The position numbers and the translations under genes are program-made. A model generated the notes under the pieces. The model was not told the origin of the DNA, searched no databases, and saw nothing but the letters and a program-made list of their open reading frames with translations. 20,755 nt of DNA. It comes from Planctomycetota bacterium. GTDB taxonomy: Bacteria > Planctomycetota > GCA-002687715 > DRQF01. Shown in pieces: positions 9,994 through 16,678 of this stretch (its first letter is position 1; each line of letters starts with the position of its first letter). The stretch covers positions 1-20,755 of the forward strand of contig JAZGFI010000059.1 of the NCBI GenBank assembly GCA_036479435.1, written 5' to 3'.

Positions 9994-10482
9994 ATGGCAC
10001 GTCCCGCAGCAAAAAAAGACAGTCGATTCGATCGCGCTATCCGTCAGGCATCTAATCGGATCGTCAAAGAAACCCTCGCTGAGCTTCCTGCGAACATGTC
10101 GCTCGGCGAATTGGTCAAAGAGTTTGATCGCTCAAAGTACGGCGTTCAGCTCCGCGAACTCTCGCTCCGCGAATTTGCCGAGTCTTTGGGCGGCGCGGTG
10201 GGAACCGGGAGCCCTCGCACGATGGCGGCAAGTCCTGCGGAGCCAGCGGAAGCGCGGGGGCGAAAGACTTTTAAGACGCGCACCTTGAAAGGTCGTGTTG
10301 CTTATGACGCGGCCATCAGCGCCGCTTTGACCAAACGCGGCACCATGAATGCGGAGACGATCGGCTCCGTCGTTGGCGGCGAATCGGATCAGATTCGCAA
10401 GTGCATGAAGAGACTCATGGACCTCGGCCAAGTGCGCAAGACGGGTCAAAAGCGCTCCACCGAGTATCACTGGAAGGGTTAA
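9994..10482 (+). CDS. Small basic hypothetical protein with a probable C-terminal winged-helix DNA-binding domain
   Basis: Strong AGGAGA RBS before ATG 9994; 162 aa, K/R-rich. The C-terminus AISAALTKRGTMNAETIGSVVGGESDQIRKCMKRLMDLGQVRKTGQKRSTEY fits a three-helix plus wing pattern. Confidence 0.75.
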   Translation: MARPAAKKDSRFDRAIRQASNRIVKETLAELPANMSLGELVKEFDRSKYGVQLRELSLREFAESLGGAVGTGSPRTMAASPAEPAEARGRKTFKTRTLKGRVAYDAAISAALTKRGTMNAETIGSVVGGESDQIRKCMKRLMDLGQVRKTGQKRSTEYHWKG

Positions 10483-10527
10483 TTCCCTCAGAGACAACCG
10501 CAGAGATCGTGCCCGCGCTTCGGCGAA

Positions 10528-12315
10528 CTACTTTGTCGAAGCGTGGCAATGATCCTGGTCTTGATCGTGATTGTGGCTTTCGACCCATGGCAGAACTTGC
10601 GCCATCAGGGCCCTTGGCCCGCGCCGCAGCAGCGACCACAACAAAAGACCGCAGAGCGCTCCCAGAGCTAAAGCCCGGATGGGGCTGTTGCCAGAATTGG
10701 CCACGGTATCCCAAGATTGCGCCGTGATGGGGCCGGCGAAGGCGTCGATCCCCCAGCCCAGCAAGGTCGTGGTACTGAACACGGTGAGCGCAAAGGCGAA
10801 AGCCAAGCGTCGGCCGTGGAGACGATTCAAAAGCCCAAAAGTCGAGACGTTGGTGGCGGGGCCTGTCAACAAAAAGGCGAGGGCGGCACCGGGCGAAACC
10901 CCCGTCGTGAGCAAAACGGCCACCATTGGCGTCGCCGCCGAAGCGCAGACGTAAAAGGGGACGCCAACTAAGGCGAACAAGGGCACCCGAAGCATCGGCG
11001 GCACGCTGGCCAGCCAACCGGGATTTAGCTCTTCCCCAAATAAGGCGGCGATCGCGATCCCGAGAACGATCCAGGGCGCGGTCGCATCAAAAACGTCCAA
11101 AAGGCCGACCCTCAGCGCTTCGCCAATCGTGCGCGGCCGCGCTTCGATCTCTTCATCGCCCTTAGCAATCTTGGAGGCGTCATCCGCTCGAGCGAATCGA
11201 GCGGCGATCATGCCGACCGAGAACGCCACGACGACGGCGGCTCCGATGCGGATCACCGTCATCTTGGTGCCGAGGAGTGGCAAGGAAATTAAGACCGCGT
11301 CCAGGCCGAGCTCTGGGGTCGCAACCAAAAACGCGAGCCCAGCGGAAAGGCCAACCCGTTTGGTCGCGAGGCTCTTGTAAACCGGTACGACCCCGCATGA
11401 GCAAAGAGGGAGCGGCAATCCAAACGCGATCCCGCGCATGGTTTGTGAAAAGCGACTGCCCCGTGAGAGCCACGACAAGGTGGCGCCAGGCATCAGAGCT
11501 TGGACGATACCCGCGCCGACGAACGCGATGAGAAGGGCGGGAGCGCTCGCAAGACTTAAGGCGATGAAGTAATCGACAAACGGAGCGGCCGTGTTCGTGG
11601 TGTCGTGAACTTCGTGCAAGTGAAAGCGATTAAGTAACCACAATAATCCCAAACCGGCGAGGCCGCCCAATCCCGGGCCAAATCTATCGCGTCCGCCCGC
11701 CTCGCCGGATCGGGGAGCCATGGGATGCAACACGACATGCAAAAGCGATCCGGCGACCAAACCCTCGAAGAGGCCCAAGGGAATCGATGCACTGCGTTCG
11801 ATAAGGGTCTTGCCGCCGAAAAAACCCACGGTGGTGGCGAGCGCCATGAGCCACAGCATGAGGGAGGCAAACCCTCGGCCCCGGTATCTTTTGAGCAAGG
11901 CCCAGATCGTGAGGCCAACCGGGATTCTGTGAAGAATGACCGCCAAGGCCAGCTCGGCACTCAGGCTTTGACCGCCGTGGTCATCGGCACCCCCTAAGGC
12001 GGCACCATCGACCAATCCGTGCACAAAAAGCCCACCGACGCCAAGAAACAGGGCCACGGCATGGGCCCGATTGGCGAGCTTTCCGATGGAGCCCTCGAAC
12101 CAGCGCGGCAAAAAGAGCCCGGCCGTGGCCGCGAGGATGGCCCCCCATCCCGCGAGTCGCATGGCCTCGGGCATGACGTGCCCCACGATCAAGCCGGTGA
12201 TCGTGACGAGTATGAACGCGTCGAGCCCGCTCGAAAGGCCTCGTCCCCGACGGACAACGCGATCCGAGAGCGGGCCAACGCACAGGGCGACCAAACTCGC
12301 GAGAAACAAAAACAT
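10528..12315 (-). CDS. Metal permease fusion: N-terminal ZIP-like domain plus C-terminal DUF318/ArsP (SO_0444-like) permease
   Basis: ZIP-like motifs HVMPE, HGLVDGAALG and LHRIPVGL. DUF318 motifs PLPLCSCGVVP, AFLVATPELG, PFYVCASAATP and GAALAFLLTGPATN. His-rich linker and tail. ATG 12315 has a GGAGG RBS (595 aa); the longer 5' extension of the ORF is spurious. Confidence 0.85.
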   Translation of the reverse strand: MFLFLASLVALCVGPLSDRVVRRGRGLSSGLDAFILVTITGLIVGHVMPEAMRLAGWGAILAATAGLFLPRWFEGSIGKLANRAHAVALFLGVGGLFVHGLVDGAALGGADDHGGQSLSAELALAVILHRIPVGLTIWALLKRYRGRGFASLMLWLMALATTVGFFGGKTLIERSASIPLGLFEGLVAGSLLHVVLHPMAPRSGEAGGRDRFGPGLGGLAGLGLLWLLNRFHLHEVHDTTNTAAPFVDYFIALSLASAPALLIAFVGAGIVQALMPGATLSWLSRGSRFSQTMRGIAFGLPLPLCSCGVVPVYKSLATKRVGLSAGLAFLVATPELGLDAVLISLPLLGTKMTVIRIGAAVVVAFSVGMIAARFARADDASKIAKGDEEIEARPRTIGEALRVGLLDVFDATAPWIVLGIAIAALFGEELNPGWLASVPPMLRVPLFALVGVPFYVCASAATPMVAVLLTTGVSPGAALAFLLTGPATNVSTFGLLNRLHGRRLAFAFALTVFSTTTLLGWGIDAFAGPITAQSWDTVANSGNSPIRALALGALCGLLLWSLLRRGPRALMAQVLPWVESHNHDQDQDHCHASTK

Positions 12316-12545
12316 CGAACCCTCCATGGCCTTCGGCAAGTTTTGCTGACCAAAGCCGAGCCTACGAGCAATAACAAACGCCGCTCGGGCGAAGGCAATA
12401 TTCTTCCCAGGCCTGAATGCGCTGGGGAGATGAGCTAATGCTCCATTGGCTTGGGGGATTGAAGGAAAGGGTAGTGACTTTGGGCTGACGCAAGTGTTCA
12501 GGGTTTGGGAGTTGAGAGGCGGGTTTGGGTGGGGTTTGGAATTTC

Positions 12546-12581
12546 TCGACCCTCTTTGGAGTCTCGCGCTATCATGCGCGA
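12546..12581 (+). promoter_or_regulatory. Candidate sigma70 promoter for the XDH-like genes, with the -10 box inside an inverted repeat
   Basis: TCGACC-N18-TATCAT. TATCAT (12570-12575) is flanked by TCGCGC/GCGCGA. GGAG RBS at 12591 precedes TTG 12601. Confidence 0.35.
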
Positions 12582-12600
12582 CCCTTGCCCGGAGTGATTC

Positions 12601-14283
12601 TTGACGGTGACCGACCACGACCTTGCGCACGATGTTTTCAGGCGCCCGATGCGGCTTCAGGACGTCGATGTCGTTGATGGCAAAGAGAGACTTTATGCGG
12701 CGATTCTGCGTGCCCCCACGAGCCGCGGTCGGATCTTGGAGTTTGAGTTGCCCAAAGACCTCAGTGCGCGGGGGATTCACTTCCTTGCGGCACGACACCT
12801 TAGCGGGGGCAACGAACTGCCAGGAGACCGCCCGCTCCTTGCGGACAAGGCCATTCGATACCGCCATGAACCCGTGGGCCTGATTGCTGGAGCGTGCAAG
12901 AACGAAGTCGCCCTGGCACGCGAGGCGATTAGCGTCAAAGTTCAAAGTCGCATTCCCGTGGAGTCGATCTCTGATGCCCTGAATGGTCGCAACATCATTC
13001 ATGGCGAGGACAATGTCTACGTTTCATTCGAGCATGGCGCCAACGAAGACCGCAGCTCTGACCGTGAAGGCCTTGAAGTTTTCGAGGCAACTTACTCCAT
13101 CGCCCATCGCGTGCGCTTGGCGCTTGAGACGCGCTCGGCCTTGGCCGAGAGCGATGGCGACAAGGTTGTCGTCCACTCTTCCGACGGTTGTTCACGGCAG
13201 CTCGGCGAAGGCATCGCGAAGGCCCTAGGGGTGGACGCAAGTCTCGTTCGCCACGTGCCTCTGCGGCAAGGACAGGGATTTTGCAGCTACGATGACACCC
13301 TGCCGATTCTCGCTTCGGCGGGAGCGCTATCTCGCGCATTCAAAAAACCGATCAAGTTGATTTTGGATCGCGATGAAGAGCTGCTTTCGAGCCCCAAGTC
13401 CCCGCCGAGCGAAGTTCAGGTTCGCGCGGAATACGACCAACAGGGCCGCATTCACTCTCTTCGCATCGACGCGGCCTTTGACGCCGGAGCCTACTTGCTC
13501 TGCGCAGAGGACCTGAAGGAGCTGGAACAGGAGCCCGCGCCGGGGCCCTACGACGGTCTCATCACCGGGTTGCGAGTGCGTTTGTTCGCGACGAATACGG
13601 CTCCGAATGCCGAAGCTCATTTCGGCCAATCGGCGCTGCAATTCGCGCTGGAGCGCAGCCTCGATCAGATCGCCGCGCGATTGCACATGGCGCCCGCTAC
13701 TTTGCGCCGCGCCAATTTCTCGTCGGCTTGGTCAGCGTTTGACCCCTGCGCCCTAGAGATGTTGGCGCGCGGAGACGATAGTAGCCTCTACCAGCTTGAT
13801 CCTCTGGATGAGGAGCCCGGCCGCGGTTCCGCGATGGCCTACGGGTGGAGAGGCCCCGAGTGCCTCGTCGCGTCGCGTGTCGTGTGCCGCCTAGATCCTC
13901 TCACGGACGCGCCGCGCATCGAAAGTTTGACGGTCCTCATTCCCGAGGGAAGTGAACTTTCACGGGCCGAGGCCGCCGCAGCTAAGGCGGTCGCACGGGC
14001 CTTTTTCCAAGAGCTTCACTTGTCCTACGGTGCGATCGTGAATGTGAGGATTGGCCAGCTTTGTGCGCCCGGTGCCGCCGACATTCCCGCTGTTGAGGTC
14101 CTGACAGTTCCGAGATCACAACCCGTTGCTCAAGCGGACTTGTTGTTTGCGATCGAGTCGGCCGTGACCTCGGCCCTGATCTCTGCCCTAGGTCACACCC
14201 TTGGTGTCGAACTCTGTGCGCTACCCGTTCCCCCCCGCGAAGTCGGCTTTCAGCGCGGCAAAAAGAAGAGGGCGCGGAAATGA
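12601..14283 (+). CDS. Xanthine dehydrogenase/CoxL-family molybdopterin-subunit homolog, shortened and degenerate
   Basis: Recognisable scaffold: LYAAILRAPTSRGRI, LLADKAIRYRHEPVGLIAG, LETRSALA, KPIKLILDRDEEL, DAGAY, GPY, LDQIAARLHMAPATLRRAN and LPVPP. Only 560 aa, with canonical Moco motifs altered. Translationally coupled to the 2Fe-2S and FAD subunit genes. Confidence 0.8.
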   Translation: MTVTDHDLAHDVFRRPMRLQDVDVVDGKERLYAAILRAPTSRGRILEFELPKDLSARGIHFLAARHLSGGNELPGDRPLLADKAIRYRHEPVGLIAGACKNEVALAREAISVKVQSRIPVESISDALNGRNIIHGEDNVYVSFEHGANEDRSSDREGLEVFEATYSIAHRVRLALETRSALAESDGDKVVVHSSDGCSRQLGEGIAKALGVDASLVRHVPLRQGQGFCSYDDTLPILASAGALSRAFKKPIKLILDRDEELLSSPKSPPSEVQVRAEYDQQGRIHSLRIDAAFDAGAYLLCAEDLKELEQEPAPGPYDGLITGLRVRLFATNTAPNAEAHFGQSALQFALERSLDQIAARLHMAPATLRRANFSSAWSAFDPCALEMLARGDDSSLYQLDPLDEEPGRGSAMAYGWRGPECLVASRVVCRLDPLTDAPRIESLTVLIPEGSELSRAEAAAAKAVARAFFQELHLSYGAIVNVRIGQLCAPGAADIPAVEVLTVPRSQPVAQADLLFAIESAVTSALISALGHTLGVELCALPVPPREVGFQRGKKKRARK

Positions 14284-14753
14284 ACCTGGAGTTCATACTC
14301 GACGATCAGCCGCAGCGAATCCAATCGGAGGGACTCGAAACCCTCATGGATTTACTGCGAGATCGACTCCAAATCGACGCCGTTCCCGATTGTTGCGGTG
14401 AGGGAGATTGTGGAGCTTGCGTGCTCATGATCGATGGTGAGTTAGCGATGGCCTGTCTCGTTCCTGCGGTGCAAATACACCGGCGAGTGATCACGACCGC
14501 CGCCGGGCTTGTCGCCGCTGATCCCAAGCTCGCCGCTACCGTCCAAGCTCTATCTGAATCTTTAGATTGCAGCGTCTGCCTGCCGGGGTTCGTCGCGGCG
14601 GCCGTAGCGGGCGCCCAAAGCTGTCAGGGCCGATTCGACAGCGACACTTTCCGTCGTTCCCTGGCGGGGCAGCTTTGCCCCTGCGGCGAGGCCCAGAGCA
14701 TTTGCCGGACGCTCAAGATGGCACTTTCGCCGAAAGCTGAGGGCCAGTCGTGA
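14280..14753 (+). CDS. XDH/CoxS-family 2x[2Fe-2S] subunit
   Basis: Motifs CGEGDCGACVLMIDG...CL and CSVCLPG...LCPCG (all eight ligand Cys). ATGA overlap with the upstream gene. Confidence 0.9.
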   Translation: MNLEFILDDQPQRIQSEGLETLMDLLRDRLQIDAVPDCCGEGDCGACVLMIDGELAMACLVPAVQIHRRVITTAAGLVAADPKLAATVQALSESLDCSVCLPGFVAAAVAGAQSCQGRFDSDTFRRSLAGQLCPCGEAQSICRTLKMALSPKAEGQS

Positions 14754-15625
14754 GTTCGCGGTCGGGTCTGCTCCGCCGCGTCGAGGTGTTTTCTCCGGAC
14801 ACTCCCGAAGAAGTCGTCCAGCTCTTAAGAGACCTTCCCGCTCCCATCCAAGTCATTGCGGGAGCCACGAGCTTATTGGTGCGGGCTCAGCTGGGGAGGT
14901 GGCAGCCAAAGGGGGTGGTGATCGACCTGTCCTGCGTAGCGGACTTGCAGAGCTTCGAGGTTGGTGAAAAGTTATTAAGAATAGGCTCCACAGTAACTTG
15001 CAGCCAGATGGCCCAGCTTGATGACCGTCATCCCTTGGCCCCAATCTTCGGCGAGGCGACGTGCTTTGGGCCCTTGGCAATCCGGAATCGCGCTACGGTC
15101 GGCGGTAATATCATGCAGGCTCGTGCGACCGCCGACCTGGCGACCGCGCTTTTAGCCCTCGATGCCTCCATCGTTCTGCTCTCGGCCGAGGGACGTCGCC
15201 AGGTGCCGTTGTTCTCATTTTTGGTGGCAGACGGCGAAACCTCGGCGAAATCGACGGAACTGCTGGTCGAAATCCGGATCGAGATCCCCAAGCCGCCCCT
15301 GGTGACTTTTTACCGGAGAGTGGCGCGCTGCGCGGCCGGCAGATCGGTCGTCTCGTTTGCGGGCGTGGTGACCGCCGGGGAACAAGGGCCGCGCTTTCGG
15401 GTCGCCGTCGGGGGCGCTGGCCCGACCGCACTGAGGTTGTTTGAATTGGAGAGAGTTCTCGCCGCCGAGCCCTTATCGGAGGCGCTGATACCCCGGGCCA
15501 TTCGGACTCTTGACTCCGAAATCACGCCGCCGGATGACTTCGAAGAAACGGCTGCCTACCGCCGCCAGCTGATCTCGCGGCTGTTGGCGGAGTTTTTAGA
15601 GCTGAGCCTCAAGCAGGTATCCTGA
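14750..15625 (+). CDS. XDH/CoxM-family FAD-binding subunit
   Basis: Motifs IAGATSL (AGGTxL-like), LRIGSTVT, IRNRATVGGNI...ADLATALLALDA, ELLVEIRI and C-terminal PPDDFEETAAYRR. GTGA overlap with the upstream gene. Confidence 0.9.
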   Translation: MSSRSGLLRRVEVFSPDTPEEVVQLLRDLPAPIQVIAGATSLLVRAQLGRWQPKGVVIDLSCVADLQSFEVGEKLLRIGSTVTCSQMAQLDDRHPLAPIFGEATCFGPLAIRNRATVGGNIMQARATADLATALLALDASIVLLSAEGRRQVPLFSFLVADGETSAKSTELLVEIRIEIPKPPLVTFYRRVARCAAGRSVVSFAGVVTAGEQGPRFRVAVGGAGPTALRLFELERVLAAEPLSEALIPRAIRTLDSEITPPDDFEETAAYRRQLISRLLAEFLELSLKQVS

Positions 15626-15656
15626 CGCGCTCTGCACCCCCTGGAGAAGTCGCGTG

Positions 15657-15685
15657 TTGCCGCCACCGATGTGCTTCTCTACACT
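15657..15685 (+). promoter_or_regulatory. Sigma70-type promoter upstream of nuoA
   Basis: TTGCCG (15657-15662), a 17-bp spacer, then TACACT (15680-15685), within the 146-bp intergenic gap. Confidence 0.55.
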
Positions 15686-15771
15686 CCTGGCAGAAGTCTT
15701 TGCGCGAGCAGCAGTTCCAGACCGTTGCCGCCGAATTCAAAGGTGAGGTTCGCGAACGCGAAGGGGGCGGG

Positions 15772-16134
15772 ATGGATGACTCGCTGACGGCATCGGGAAT
15801 CGTCGTGGCCTTGGTCGCTTTCGGATTTCCCGCCTTCATGTTGATGGTGGCCCGCGCTTTGGGCTCGCGCCGCCCCGACGAGGTAAAGAACTCTGTTTTT
15901 GAGAGTGGCATTCGCCCGGAAGTCGACGCGCGGCGGCGCTTCTCCGTCAAATTTCACGCGGTGGCGCGCCTTGTTCTTGTCCTGCAGGCGGCGCTTACTC
16001 TGATCATTCCTATTGCACTGGTGTTTCGCGGCCAAGCGAGTGCGTCGTTGTGGGCGGCCTTGGCGCTCTTCTTTTTGCCCCTCACGGTGGGGCTTGTTTT
16101 CGCTTACCGCGGTGGGGCACTCCGATGGGAGTAG
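15772..16134 (+). CDS. nuoA: NADH-quinone oxidoreductase subunit A homolog (divergent)
   Basis: 120 aa with 3 TM helices. Motifs KNSVFESGIRP, RFSVKF and C-terminal GALRWE. Overlaps the nuoB start (ATGGGAGTAG). Confidence 0.88.
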   Translation: MDDSLTASGIVVALVAFGFPAFMLMVARALGSRRPDEVKNSVFESGIRPEVDARRRFSVKFHAVARLVLVLQAALTLIIPIALVFRGQASASLWAALALFFLPLTVGLVFAYRGGALRWE

Positions 16135-16673
16135 ATCGTCTACTTAGTCAGCGTGGCTTTATTGCGACCCGCGTCGATTGGGCCCTTCAACGCGCGGTAA
16201 ACTGGGGTCGCGCCGAGTCCTTGTGGCCCCTAGACTTTGGCACCGCCTGTTGCAACTTGGAATTGGAATCTGTCTTGAAAGGAAAAGGCCGGGACGCCCA
16301 AGACTTGGCTTTCCCCGTCGCGAGCCCTCGGCAAGCCGACCTCCTCATTGTGGCGGGCACGATCACCTGGAAGATGGCACCGGTGTTGCGACGTCTGTAC
16401 CGGCAAATGCTTGAGCCGCGATACGTCATCGCCTTCGGAGTTTGCAGCGCGACCGGTGGCATGTACCAAAACTACGCCGTCGTTCCGGGCGTCGACCAAA
16501 TAGTGGATGTCAACATCTACGTTGCCGGTTGTCCGCCGCGCGCCGAGCAATTGTTCGACGCCATCCAGTCGCTAAAAATCCAGATAAAGTCGGGCGAGCC
16601 CCTTCAAGCCGCCACGCGACCAGATGGTCTTGCCAGCGGCAGCTCGTCGAATACCACTGGGGCGGGGGGCTGA
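16125..16673 (+). CDS. nuoB: NADH-quinone oxidoreductase subunit B homolog
   Basis: Motifs SLWPLDFGTACC, SPRQADLLIVAGT, KMAPVLRRLYRQMLEPRYVIAFGVC and GCPPR. All four N2 ligands are present. Confidence 0.95.
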   Translation: MGVDRLLSQRGFIATRVDWALQRAVNWGRAESLWPLDFGTACCNLELESVLKGKGRDAQDLAFPVASPRQADLLIVAGTITWKMAPVLRRLYRQMLEPRYVIAFGVCSATGGMYQNYAVVPGVDQIVDVNIYVAGCPPRAEQLFDAIQSLKIQIKSGEPLQAATRPDGLASGSSSNTTGAGG

Positions 16674-16678
16674 GTCTC

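Noticed and set aside
12316..13002. 229-aa N-terminal extension of the 824-aa minus-strand ORF
   Set aside because: It overlaps the XDH-like gene antisense and the intergenic region, and does not resemble a protein domain. ATG 12315 has a GGAGG RBS at the start of the first TM helix.
16442..16678. 5' extensions of the nuoCD ORF (and likewise the nuoA, nuoB, nuoG, tkt and wHTH ORFs)
   Set aside because: They overlap upstream genes or promoters out of frame. Downstream starts with an RBS or stop/start coupling fit the homology better.
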